Shown in pieces: positions 21,527 to 34,722 of a stretch of DNA of 64,000 nt. The position numbers and the translations under genes are program-made. Source of the stretch: Camelus ferus. Taxonomy: Eukaryota. Positions within the stretch are counted from its first letter, which is position 1; each line of letters begins with the position of its first letter. The notes beneath the pieces were generated by a model. The model saw only the letters and a list, made by a program, of their open reading frames with translations, was not told where the DNA came from and searched no databases. The stretch is from contig NC_045696.1 of the NCBI RefSeq assembly GCF_009834535.1, forward strand, positions 97,280,001-97,344,000, read 5' to 3'.

Positions 21527-22507
21527 GTCTTAGCAATTAATGGGATATTGATTACTAAAATAAGTTAATATTAAGCAAGGTGCCGGTTGTACAATCTCTA
21601 ATTTGATCAATGTCTTTCAGCACTTTGAGCGTTTACTTAGCTCATTTAGTCTTCCTTTTGTAGCGCATGGTTGGGAGGAAAAAGTGCATGCATCTTTCCT
21701 TCACTCCTCTCTTCCCACCCCCTCCCTTCGCACATAGGTATTTGATTTGCTTCCATCTTCTTTTATGCAGTGCCTGGTTTATTTAACCAATTAATATCCC
21801 TTTTGTTGAGCTATTGAGAGCTGCAGTAGTTTGCTTTTAGTATTGTTGTTGCACTTGAGTAGAGACAAACCTCTTTTCGTAGTGTCTACAGGACATATGA
21901 CAAGTGCAACTGCAAAACAAGAGCAAAAGGCACTTCCTCCCATGACCTTACAGTAACCATACTGATTGAATCCCCAGGGACATTCCATCATTGCAATGGC
22001 TCAGATTTTTGTTCCTGTCTTTTTCTTTGCACACCAGCTCTATTCTTTAGTAAAATTGTAAAAGGCTGCCATTATGGACATTAGGTATCCCAACATAACC
22101 ATCTGGAGTGTGTCCAGTTTGTTCTTCATAGGACCAATTTTTATTTGCAGCTTGAGTTTTTATATGAAGTTGCATTATTGTGGACTTGGCTGTCTTGTGA
22201 TGAATTTTTTTCATATGTATTCTGTGCCATACTATTGTTAAAATGAACTGTTGCTATTGTGAGATGGATTTTAACTGACCTATTAAAGGTTTCTTTCGAA
22301 TGGCACTACTTTAGGGACGTTCTAGTATTTGCTTCTATTGTTTGGGCCTTGTGGATAATGTACAGATTTAAAAACAGATCTTGTTGCTGATTTGTCCATT
22401 TCTTTCCCTGCACTTTGTTACATCTGGGATACAGTCTAACTCATCTGATTTAATATGCATTTAAAAAAATGCCATAACTATTAAACACCTTGTTTACAGA
22501 CAGATGA

Positions 22508-22513
22508 AATAAA
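22508..22513 (+). terminator. PFN2: PFN2 polyadenylation signal AATAAA (variant ATTAAA at 22480-22485)
   Basis: AATAAA about 1.25 kb after the 2b stop, followed by GT/T-rich sequence (22542-22565). Confidence 0.8.
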
Positions 22514-25361
22514 TTTATTCCAACCAAATACTCTAGACTCCTGTTGTTTATATAAATTGTTGTCTTACTGTTACAGTTGATTTTTGACACAGTGGGAATA
22601 TAGTCTGCTGCAAGCATAAAATCTTAGAAAATTCAGTTGGTGGCCTACTCTGTTTCTTATAGTATTTATTATAAATAAAATGAGTGTCTGAGAATTTCTT
22701 TTTAATGGGCTTTTTGCTCTATTAAAAAATGGCTTTTAGTCATTTCAGGCTTATGAGGCGAAAATTGACTTACCCATTAGAAACTAAGTATTTTTCTCTT
22801 GTTGCTGTCTGTAGGTATGCAATCTAGTGAGCGATAAGGAGCCTAGTACCAAGAAGGGTGTCTGCATTGTGGATTCTTCTGTGTTGAACTGTCATGTGAC
22901 TTCTTTAGATTTGGAGGCTGTGCTGACAGGGTGAAGTGAGCTAGTTGGAATTCTGTCATGTAAGAAAAGACATTCCTTAGGCAGCATATAAGATAATTGG
23001 GATGTCTTGCAGTTTCTGGCTTCGCAGTGACATGTTAACTATGACCATGTAATAGCCAAGTTTAATACCAGAGGTCTTAAGTTCTCTGAGATGTACTGAA
23101 GTTTAGTAAATGTTTTTAATACTATTTAGATAAATCATTATCATGAACCGTCAAGTAGAAGCTCTGAGCTCAAAAGTTGGTGGGTCTAAGCAAAACCGAG
23201 AAGCTGGTTATAATGCAGATTCTGGGTTCTGGTGTTCCACCTTAGAGATGAAGGTTCCAAAAGCCCCAGAAGTCCCTTTTAGAAGTAATCACCAGGTCAG
23301 TCTGATTCATTTTAAGTGGACTGTATGCTACCCTTTGAGAAAGAGTGGGATAGGGAATAGGAGTTAATCTCTTTGCCTTACTTAAAATATACTGTGTATA
23401 ACTAAAGATTTTTTTTCTTTGGCAGTGTTGTCAGGCATTAGTTCTGAATTTGTACATAGATGAAAGATACGAGGCTTGGGGCTACTCTGATAGCTAGACA
23501 TGCCTTGGAACTGTAAAACAAAAACTTCTTGACCTGTTAAAAATGATCGTTAGGAACAAAAGATTGGTCAAATGAAATTTGGTGGCTGGGTTGTGATGTA
23601 TGATTTTATGTTAATATATGTTTACACTTTACTTGTAAAGAACCATTAGGGTAACTGATCAGAAAGCAGTGACCAGAATTGTGAAACCTTTATTGAATGA
23701 ACCTTGTAAGTAGGTGAGGGGATGTTTGTATGTTGTGGGTGGGGGAGAAGAAGACAGTAGAGAGCAACTGTCTTTACTGAAATTATGAATGAAACTAGTT
23801 ATTGGCCCCCTTACCACAATTTTATTAGAAAAACACCTGTGAAAAATATATACATGTATCTTTGCTTTGTACTTAGTTCTAGGAATTTAATAGCTCTATT
23901 TCCTTAGGTTAAATTCATATAGCCGAATGTCCCTCAGACAGCATTACTTAAAATAACTAAACTTGGGAAAACTACAAGATACAACTTTCAGGGTTATGGG
24001 TTGAATAAATGATTCTATGTCCAGAAGATAAAGTCATTGAAGAATGACACAAGAAAATGCTCGCCAATGAATGTTACATTATAAGAGGAAATAAAGTAGA
24101 TGTTACAGTGTAAATACATACAGTATATATTGTATTTAACATGTAATTCTGCAGGCAAAATATAAATTTTTCTCTAGGGTAAGTTTCCAGGTGACTATAC
24201 TTTCATAATCAGAAAAATTTTAAATTAGGAAGGTATTTTTCGAATAGAAACAGATTTTTATTTTATTCAACATCCTATTAGAAAAAATGTATAGTTATAC
24301 CATAGAGAAATTAAAAAAGATTTCAAATGATTTAGCTAACTAGTAACAATCCTAGACAGTGCTGTTAAGTAAGACACTTCATTTTTTTAGCAACTAAAAG
24401 TAAGTTTGGAGTTTCAAAAAAAATTTTTTTTTGCCTCAGAAAAACTCCTGACTTAAATTTGAAGGAACCAAGTCCTTGACCTGAACTTGCGGATTAAGGA
24501 TTGAGGGAATACAGCATCTAAGTGACTTCCAACTTTCTCTCTTAAAAAAACCCGTATATTTTAGTTATGTTTTTATTATTTAATACTTAACTAAACTACT
24601 GCTTATCGTGTATTTACTTCTGCACCAGGCACTGAGCTCACTGCTTTGTCCTCACACTCTACCTTAGGTTAAATGGAATTACACAAATGACTGAACAGGT
24701 TTAGAGACATCAGGCCCATACAAGTGTGTCAAATTCCATGGCTGTGGTTAACTACCTACCGTGGTAGACTGACGTTCTGTTTCACAGGAATATGTTTTAT
24801 TTTGGGGGGGTGGGGCAGAGATGATGAAAAATTCAAGCTTTTTATTTTCTTAAGTGGAAATTTTACCAATTTTTTTTCTTGTGGCTTGTTAAGAATTTTT
24901 TAAAAGCAATTCAGAAAGTGAAATTTCCCCTAAAATAGTATTAGTATTTCTTGTAAAATGTATTAAAATTTTTCTTTTTACAACAAAAGGGTTGTATACC
25001 TAGTGTGCTTACTGTCCTCTGCTCTGCTTTTGTTTGCTGACCGTCCCCCGTGTCACTGCAGGAACACCTAGCTAGTTACCCTTTGGAGGCCATACAGCAG
25101 TCTGCTATAAGGATGTGCCGTAATTACAAGAAGGTACCATAATGGACACTGTTATTGGAATGATTTTGGCTGCAGTTTTAACTTTGGGGGGATTACCTAA
25201 TTGTGAGCAGTTACTTTGTATAAAATTCTAAGGTGATGTGTGTTTATCTGATCTAAATTAACATTATACCCCTCTAAATGATTGTGCATATAAATAAGAT
25301 TAATGTGGGTAATAACTACAGTAGAACAAATATTTGCCAGTTTTTAAAGTGAAAAAACGTG

Positions 25362-25367
25362 TTTATT
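25362..25367 (-). terminator. RNF13: Probable RNF13 polyadenylation signal (AATAAA on - strand; a proximal one at 25593-25598)
   Basis: TTTATT on + strand about 1.03 kb past the RNF13 stop. Confidence 0.65.
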
Positions 25368-26399
25368 AACATTCAAACTCCCTTCATACAAGGCCATATA
25401 AAAATTCTTAGCATTTTGATTATACATAAATCTATTTTCTACATAGTTACAATAATGTATAATTTACCATTTCATAATACATTGTTTAAATACATCATTA
25501 GTTCTGTTAGACATAAGCAATATTTTCAAATCCAATACTTGAACAATTTCCTCTGTACATAGTTTAGCAGGGCTAATTAGCATAAGATGCTCTTTATTAA
25601 GAGGTATATGATCTCAGTATTAACAGTTGCTGAAGTTTGGTACTTTTATACAGCATTTTCTTGCTTTGATCACAACACAAAACCCTTAAGGATACTGAAA
25701 TTCAGCAAGTAAAATCCAGAGACATTACTTTTAGCTGATGAATCAAATTCATACATAACACTATAGTATTAAAAGTTAAAAAAAACCCCAAAAAACAAAA
25801 AAACGAAATCTGCGCTAGTATAGACTGTTCCTACCAGGATAAGACTACTTGGGAATAGAAAGGAAAAAGACAGCTTTGAGTGTCTTTGTGGTGCTGATAG
25901 GAGGACAAATGCTAAATTACCTTGTTGCCTCTCACTAATGATGGCAATTTGGGGAAATACCAGAATAAACATTCCAGTTCAACAACTATAGGTAACTTTA
26001 TGGAGATAGGAGCTGGCTTATTAGCTCATGCTAGGTGGCCACAGCACTGATGTGTGTGTAACAAAAAAAATTAAACATTTGCATAATGTGATCTAGGTCT
26101 TAATTGCAAGCCATACTGAGGATTTTTTTTTAATGTTTTGGCTATATTTCATTCCAAAAGAAGAGCTGATTTGATGCTTGAGTTACAGCACCAGTCTATT
26201 AGTTATTAGTGAATGAAGGTATACTCCTACAGATAAATGCCAGATCAAAAAAACCTGTTTCAGTAATCTGATTAAACTGTAGAATACTGAAAAATAAGTT
26301 ATTTCTACAGAAATCTCTGAAGGGAGTAAAAAAAAAAAAAATCAAACTGTGTGCCTAAATAAACATCTTAAAGGGAATAACCCAATTACCCTCTGAAGG

Positions 26400-26764
26400 T
26401 CAAACAGTATTTGCTATGTTGTAATCCTGTTCACCATTCGGCTGCAGTTGGACCACAACACTATGTTCATTAATTTCGTTTTCTACCTCACTACTGTCAG
26501 TATCTTCATTGTCATCTTCCTCATAGTCTGAAGATTCTGTCATGTTCTGATGTGAGCGGGATTCCGATAAAGCCCCAAATGACTGGGTGCTGACAGAAGC
26601 CAAAGGTCTGAGCAGAGGGGTGTGTTCTGATACTTCGTTCTCTTCTTGACTGCTGTCTGTGTCAGAGTCTGAATCACCTTGAGAAGGAACAACTTTCTGC
26701 TTGCAGACTGGACAGGTTTTTTTAGTTTTAGTTAGCCAAGGATCTACACACTTGCAGTGATAAG
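26400..26764 (-). CDS. RNF13: E3 ubiquitin ligase RNF13, last coding exon (AYHCKCVDPWLTKTKKTCPVCKQK...YNIANTV*)
   Basis: Second half of RING-H2, Ser/acidic tail with EHTPLL dileucine motif; acceptor 'ttttgcttcaacag'; TGA at 26400-26402. Confidence 0.98.
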
Positions 26765-27052
26765 CTGTTGAAGCAAAATATGTATCTTTTAGGTAGTATA
26801 CTGCGGTTAAGAACATTATTTTTAATCTCTTGCCATGTTCATGTTCTTCTGATATATATGTATCATAATAGGGACAACAGAAGAGAAATTTGTAAATTTT
26901 TATAAACACATTTCTGTCCTTTAATGAGACCACTAATCAGTACAAGGCCTGGCTTACAGTGTGCTAATAGTAACTATTTTCTGTCTCTCCCTCAAATACT
27001 GACCTAAGTGTAAATCACACACGTAAATTCAAAGCAGTGTTATTACTCATAC

Positions 27053-27133
27053 CATGAGAACAGGGAAGGATTCTGAGCTTGTCTCCATCTTCATATTCAT
27101 CCAAACAAATGGCACATACGTCATACTCATCTC
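27053..27133 (-). CDS. RNF13: RNF13 exon ([27 protein letters not shown]), first half of RING-H2
   Basis: 81 nt, phase 1-1; acceptor 'ttttctatcacag', donor ATG|GTATGA. Confidence 0.98.
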
Positions 27134-27171
27134 CTGTGATAGAAAATAGTGAATAAAATTAATCAAAAGAT

Positions 27172-27315
27172 GGGGGTGTAGGGTAAAGCTCACTGGTAGA
27201 GCACATTCTTAGCATGCACAAGGTGCTGGGTTCAATCCCAGTACCTCCATTTAAAACAATCAAATAACTAATTACCTCCCCTAAAGAAATAAATTTTACA
27301 AAAAATAAAAATAAA
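27172..27315 (+). mobile_element. tRNA-derived SINE (camelid Vic-1-like)
   Basis: A box 'agctcactggtagagc', B box 'gggttcaatccc', tail 'ctaattacctcccc' plus A-rich end; homologous to 58187-58318. Confidence 0.8.
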
Positions 27316-28624
27316 TGTTCTTTAACAAGTGTAGAGAAAGTATCCCTAACTTCTCAAACTTCTCAAGTTCTTCCTCAGTTGATTCTTTTAAATGCCTTCT
27401 GATCTATCTATGGTTAAATGATACCTTTTGTTTTCTGTCAGATCAGGGAGCTGCTTCAAGTTCAGGAACTTGAAGTTTTAATTTAAATAATAAGCCTTTT
27501 ACCTAAAATAAAAATGTGTGTCAAATTTGTTTACCTTGATTACTTTTGCAAAAGATTTTTATAAAATCAAAATTCCATTGTGTTTTATATAACACATATG
27601 CAGTGAGACATACTGAGCTTCAAATCTCTTCCAGCATTTACTAGTTCTATCATGCTTGGCAGGTTACTTAGCCTTTGACATCCAGTTCTTTTATTGGTAG
27701 AATGAGTCTACTCTGCAGAGTTCTAAGGATGAAATGAGATTAAGGGGCAAGCACACAGGTACTCACTAAATGGTGTTTATTATTAATATCACTTTACTTA
27801 CTGTTGAACTTACCACCTTTATTATCATAAATTTATTAATTCATGGATCTTTCTGGAATTCAAATGTAGTTAGAAGTTTTTAAAGGAACTAGCAGTCTTA
27901 CACACAGCACCTTTTTAAACTCGGTCAGTAGTGACTTTCTGTGTAGTGGTAGCAACCATAGTGGCCGCTTCAAATTCAGTGTTTTCCGTTACGTGTATAT
28001 GTTATGTAAAAACTTACCAGAATGCCAGGGAACAGAAGACTGGTAAATTCATTACCTGTCCCACACCCAGGGCAACCACCTCAGGAGGCATGTCAGAAAT
28101 AAAGCCACTGTCTGGATAGATAGGCTGGATAAGCTAACACATAAAGAAGGCAGTGATAGTTCTATCAAAACAATCCCTTTAACAACCCATGGACATTTAG
28201 AATGGCACATTCAGAAGGAGTCCTAAATAGAAAGCTTTAATGAAAATTAGTAATTTTTGTTCAGTATCTTGAATTTGGTTTCCTATACTTTCACCTATCA
28301 AATATATTCTATAACAAATACAAGGTTCTATGTTAGAAACTCCCGTGTGGAATTTGGTGAGACTGATTGATTACACTTATCTCAAACTATTAAAATACTA
28401 AAGGACTCCAATGTATCTTAAATTATCTGTAATTACACAGTTGATCCATTTATTTACTTGGGCTCTGAGGACAGGTTCAACATATCAAGCAATTCAGTCA
28501 TGCTGATTTTCTCATACAAATCAAACTTGGTCTTAAGACTTTCTGAAAATGTCCACTAAAAAAACATTTAGTTAATGTAATTGAACAGGACAAAACCCGT
28601 CCGGAGCTGTGCCACAGCTCTAAG

Positions 28625-29022
28625 CCTCATTTTATTCAGGTTGGGGAGGTTATCCTGTGTTATCCAAGCGGGTCCAGTGTCATCACAAGGGCCCTTAAAA
28701 TTGTAAGAAAGAGGCAGAAAAGTCCAGAGTCAGAGGAAGATGTGACTGTGAATGAATAGTCAGGGAGATACAGTGCTACTGGCTTTGACACTAAGAGGGA
28801 GGAGGGTTACAGGCCAGAGAATATGGTGGCCTCCAGAAGCTGGAAGACAGATTCTTCCCCCTAAAGCCTCCAGAAAAGAATGCAACCCTGCTGACATCTT
28901 AATTTTAGCTCAGTGAGACCCATCAGACTTCTAACTTACAGAACTGTAAGATAATAAATTTGTGTTGTTTTAAGCCACTATATTTGTGGTAACTTGTCAC
29001 CACAGCAATAGGAAATAAATAA
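28625..29022 (+). mobile_element. MLT1-type MaLR LTR
   Basis: 'agaactgtaagataataaatttgtgttgttttaagccacta..tttgtggtaa' motif. Confidence 0.8.
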
Positions 29023-30162
29023 CATAGTATTTGGGTTAGCCCAAAGGTATGGAGTTGATGCCTAAGTCACTGAGCTTTACTATCAATCCTTTGAACTGTT
29101 CCAAGTGGTCAATTTATATTGATCTCTCATATTTTCTCGCCACAGTACTTACTTTGAAGATAACAGATGAAGATTCAAAGGTGTAATTTGTGATCATGAC
29201 TGGAGCCTAGTGCTCTGTGGGGCCTTGGACTTGTGATGAAACGGTAAACCGTATGTTAGAATGCCTAGGATTCTCATCCTGATCATTTTATTACCTACGT
29301 TACCTTGTGCAAGACACATCTTTATGTTTCAGTATTCTCGAAGGCAAAACAAAAAGTAACATATCTATGTTTTAGGATTGTTGTGGATTAAAAGAGAATG
29401 CAAGTAGAGTACTTTCCCTGGTGTTTGGCACATACAGTACCTCTTAGCCAATCTCCGCCTGATAAAACTGGCCTGACAGGCACCGTGGTTTATGACACAG
29501 TACACTTGAGGCTGTGGCTAGGAGGCTGCTCTCAACACCCCACGTGCTTCTGTCAGCGCTGAAGATCTAGTGGCAATGGTCAGTGAACCTGTTGGTTGTA
29601 CTTAGGGTAATTACGTAATTTAAATATTTAGCAGCCCTTTAACTGTGAGTGTAAAAGACTGATTTTATTTGAAAGCTAGGTTGACAGACACTTAATAAAT
29701 TAAGCTAGTTGTGCCCCCAACCCCTCTCCAGCCAAAATGTGATTAAATGAGTGATAAGTCCAAAAGACTGGACAAACTTATGTATCAATTAAAAGGCAAG
29801 AATGAATCAAATTTTGTCCCATTTAAAAATACATGGCAGAAAATGCATCACGTAACATGACAACTTGGAAATCCAGTCAGCGGATTCATACTCAAGACAA
29901 CGGTCCAACATCAAACAACTGTTGAGTGGTTTTTATATTTAAGTTAAATTTCAGGCATTTATGTATTTTTAAAATAAGCTACAACTTTAGCAGATTTTTT
30001 TTTTAATTAACCAATTTGTCCAATAGTTCTGGTAGCATAAGATAAAAGTGCTGTAGCAAGTGCCCTTTTATCTTATACTTCCAGAACTACTGGACAAACA
30101 AGTAAATGTTAGTTTTATTGTTTTCAGCACCATGCTAGAAAGTTTTGTTGCTTATTATAAAC

Positions 30163-30377
30163 CAGTGACGCTCACGTGGGGATGATTCCTCCCCCCCCAC
30201 CAGGAACATTTGGTGGTATCTGGAGACATTTTTGGTTTTCACAGCTGGGAGTAGGTGCTGCTGGCATCTAGTAGGTCAGGGATACTACTGAATGTCCTGC
30301 AATGCTCTAGACAGCCCCTCAAAGAAAGAATTTTCCCACCTAAAATGCCAGTAGTGCATCAAGGTTGAAAGACCCTG
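30163..30377 (+). mobile_element. MER20 DNA transposon
   Basis: 'tctggagacatttttggttttcacagctggg..gctgctggcatctagtagg..aaggttgaaagaccctg' matches MER20 as recalled. Confidence 0.85.
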
Positions 30378-30599
30378 ACGTAAAACCCCTCCAGGCTTTA
30401 TCAGACAACGGCTTTGCTAATTTAAAAGTTGCAGGAGGGGTGAGATTCATGTCTGTTTTGTAAAACAATATTGGAATGCTTCTATCTGGAATGTGATTCA
30501 TATTGTTATTTGAATAATGTTTGAGAAAATTTTCATGAAGGCACTTTTAAAGTCTTACCAATCTAGGAATGTTATAATATGTATGTAGATAGAACTTTG

Positions 30600-31130
30600 A
30601 TTTTTCCCCTCTAAACCTGTTCCTCCCTAGTTTTTTCCCCAAACCTTGGGTCATCAGGTACAGCCAAGGCCTTGACCCATCAGAATAGAAATCACACAAG
30701 ACTTAAGGCAGCCACTGCAGTGCATAAACTGAGTATCAGGCCTGGGCACATCCTTGATGCTTCTTTCCCTTATAGCTTATATTCAGTGTCACCAAGTCCC
30801 GTAAACTTTTATCTGTGAAACATATCCTCAGTCTGTCCCCTTCTCTGTTTCCTCAATTTATGATGGTCCAATAGCCTGGATTACTATAAAAGCCTCTTCT
30901 ATTCCTGCCTCATGTGGTTTTTCTCCATAGCAGCCTGGGTGATTTTTTAAAAACATCAATCGCATCACATCAGTCCCATTTAAATGGTTCCCCACGTCAC
31001 CCAGAATAAAATCTGAGCTCCTTGTCATGGCCTTCATAGAGCTGAAAAGGATCCAATACACAGATCACCCATCTCACCAGTCTGCCCCTTTCACTCATGC
31101 TTTAGTCACACTGGCCTTCTTTCAGTCTTG
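30600..31130 (+). mobile_element. L2 fragment
   Basis: 'gatttttttaaaa..cacatcagtccc..tggttccc..agaataaaatctgagctcctt..catggcc' L2 3' motifs. Confidence 0.6.
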
Positions 31131-31258
31131 AACAAAATAAAATGAAAAGTTAGGTGGGGACCTGTATTTAGCCACATTATAACTAAAACACTTGGACATA
31201 AAATTAAATATAGAAAGAGAAATCACTGTTTTTAAAGATGACTCAAAAATGAGTTAGT

Positions 31259-32272
31259 CATCAGCAAATTGAAAAGACAACCTACCGAATGGGAGAAAAT
31301 ATTTGCAAGTGATATGACCGATAGGGGTCAATACCCAAAAATACATAAATAGCTCATACAACTCAACACACAATTAAATAATGGGCAGAAGACCTGAATA
31401 GACATTTTCCCAAAAAAGACATACTGGCGGCCAATAGGCACATGAAAAGATGCTCAACATCACTAATCAGAGAAATGCAAAGCCAAACCAGAGCGCGGTA
31501 CCACTTTACACCCGGCCATCATCAAAAAGACCACAGATAACCACTGTTGGTGAGGATGTGGAGAAAAGGGGACTCTTGTACATGGTGGGAATGTAAATTG
31601 GTGCAGCCACTGTGGAAAACTGTATGGAGGTTCCTCAAAAAACTAGAAACAGATCTACCATATAATCCAGCAGTTCTACTCCTGGGTATATAACTGAAGG
31701 AAGCAAAAACACTAATTTGAAAAGATTCATGTACCCCAACGTTCATAGCAGAATTATGTACAACTGCTAAGATATGGAAGCAACCTCAGTGTCCCTCAGC
31801 AGATGAATAAAGACGTGTTGTGTACACACACACACACACACACACAATGGAATACTGCTCATCTACTGAGTGAAATTCTGCTATTTGCAATAACATGGAT
31901 GGACGTAGAGGATATTACGCTTACTGAAGTAAGTCCAACAGAGAAAGACAAATATTGTATGGTATCACTTATGTGGAATCTAAGAAACAAAACAAACTAT
32001 GAATATAATTAAAAAAGAAACAGACTGATGGATATAGAGAACAAACTAGTGGTTTACCAGTGGCGAGAGGGAAGAAGGGAGGGCCAAGATATGGGTGGGG
32101 GTACAAACTATTATAAAATAAATAAGCTACAAGGATATGTTGTACAACAAGGGGAATATAACCAATATTTTATAATAACTAAATGGAGTATAACCTTTAA
32201 AAATTGTGAATCACTATATTGTACACCTGAAACTTACATAATATTATAAATCAACTATACCTCAATTTAAAA
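31259..32272 (+). mobile_element. 5'-truncated L1 (ORF2 end, 3'UTR) with TSD
   Basis: L1 ORF2 motifs; TSD AAAAATGAGTTAGT 31245-31258 / AAAAATGAGCTAGT 32273-32286. Confidence 0.9.
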
Positions 32273-34722
32273 AAAAATGAGCTAGTTTAAAATAACCTAG
32301 TCATAGTGTATACAAATTGATGCAGAGCTTAACTTAACTGTTCAGTTTTATAACAGACTAGTCCAGGCCTTACATCAACCAGAATGGGCTTCCTCAAAGT
32401 AAAAGATAAAGACAGTGAACATTCAGGGCTAAACGCATACTATTTTCATGAGAGAAAATGACTTAATATACATTTAAAATAATCTGCCCAGGGAAGATAG
32501 AGCATTGGATTCAGGAGCTTCAAAGCAAAAATGACTCTTCTTGTAGAGACAGTGCCTTGCACTTACTCCCTGCTCTGCCAGTAAAGAAAACAATGGCAGC
32601 TCTTTTTAGCAAGTAAAGATAAATGAATCTTATCTTTTGTTCTGCCCTCCTTCATACCAGCCCCCAAGAAATCAGAACAAGAGACAACAGGATAAAATAT
32701 TTTATAAGCCAGATTTGCTTGAGAATTCTTCCTGATTATTTTTAAGCCCTGAGCAAAGGAACATTTACTTTTAAGGTTAGATGAAAGGCAGTTAAAAGAA
32801 GTTATAAAAATTAAGCATGTCTTAATAAATAAAGAAATAAAAATGATAAGAATTAAGTATCACCCCATGTTATGTACTCTGCTATAAAATGCTATGTTGC
32901 TTTTTTCCAGTCTCTGAAATAAAATCTCCTTCTACATATATTATCTTGGAAAATCTCAATGATTAAGCTATAAAAGAAAAATGCCTGGTAACTTAAACTT
33001 TAAAATATAAAACCCATTTTAAAAAAATTATTTACATCTCAAGGATCTGGCTCCCTCACACACTGACAAAGCGGGAGAGACCACTCCCACTGAGACTGCC
33101 GTAAATGCTCAGTAGAGGGACTACTTAGTGAAAACACAAGGGTTTTTCATTTGCTGTGAAACATGGTATGTGGTAACCAGTCTTGGGTTACAAGCCTGGA
33201 GAAACGCATTAGTTGAATGATGCGGGAAACTCAGGAAACCACAATTTCAATTGAAAAGCTATTTCTGAGGATAATACGAGTAATGAAGAAATTTTAAGGA
33301 AGCTGGCTGCTTCAGAAGCAAGGAAATAACTAAAAGGCTATTACTATTTTATATGTGCTAGAAATGGCTAAATCAATGTTTAAAACACTTAAGTATTAAT
33401 CAGCAGAAACATTTCTGAAGTAGTTGCAAAGGTAAAGATCAACAAACAGGAAGATTTAAAATGATCACGTCCCCAAGTATGGTAAGCAAAAGAGAGGGCT
33501 GACTAGCCTTCACAGATACTCTTCTTGGGCCAGGGCCTCAAGTTGCTGGTTTTTGTGGGTTTGATTACAGGCTATGCTATGGAAGATTTCCAAATGCCAA
33601 AATCTTTTTCGTTTGTTGGCAAATATTTCCAAAATGTTACCGATTCCCCTAACATAAATATTAACATTTCCACTATATTCTAAACCTACAAGAGTTCTTT
33701 TACGACCTCCTTAGTTTGGTGCTGACTCACTGGAGTGATGAGCACTCACAGAGGTGTTCTATACTTCCCTTCACGTTTTCAATCATTTAATAGTTGCATG
33801 CACAACTGTGAAAAAATTGCAACACTACTGGGAGAGTAAACAGTTGAAAAACTTTTGCAGAAAAGAAAGAAACATAGCAAAATCAAGGTCTAATTTAATC
33901 AAAGTCGAATTAGTCTAAAAAAATGTAATTTATGCAAAATTAGAAAATAAAGAGCAGTGGAAAGTAAGGCTGGATGAGTTTGTGGAGCCAAATTATGAAA
34001 AGCTTTGCATGCCAAGATGAAGACTCTGATCTTGGCATCTCTTAAGAAGTAGAGGCCAACTGAAAGCTTTCAGGCAGAGGAATGATTGATATATGAAAAT
34101 AACATCTTAAAATTTTTTCATCAACTCAGGGTGTTGAAGGGACCTGGGCCTGGGATGTAGAGATGAGCCTAGAGACAGTAAAACTGACCTAATGTTTGGT
34201 ACTCCCAAGATTCAAGTAATAAACTGATGTGGGCTCACATGATAAAGTGACCACAAGAATGGAAAGAAATGATCAGATCCAATCATCATTTTGAAAGAAC
34301 CGACTACATTTGGAGACTAGATAGAGGCAATAAAAGAGAAGGGGTGAATCAGAGATAATGCAGGTAATCTTAAGTGATGGCTATTTTCATTTAACAAAAG
34401 TTTAAAAACTTTTAAGTGTTTTATTTGACTTTTATTAACATGTAAAAGGAGCAGGAGAGGGAATGGGAGCAAATTAACTATATACAAACTGGTAATATTT
34501 TTTAAACTAAAAATCGGTAAGTTAATTCTGAATGTTGAAGAGATGGTTAGTGTTTTGAGTATGTTTTATCCTGAAATAATGTAACTACTATTAAACATTA
34601 ATTATATCCTGAACAGTATGTGCAGCTTGTTCAGACTACAGGATGTAGTATCTCTGCAGAGATGGAGTATCTACTTTTCCTCACTGGACCACATGCTTTA
34701 CTGTAATATAAGAACTACAGTA

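Noticed and set aside
26765..26933. N-terminal part of the 177-aa ORF (MVSLKDRN...)
   Set aside because: It is the 288-nt last RNF13 intron read in frame; the real exon starts at 26764.
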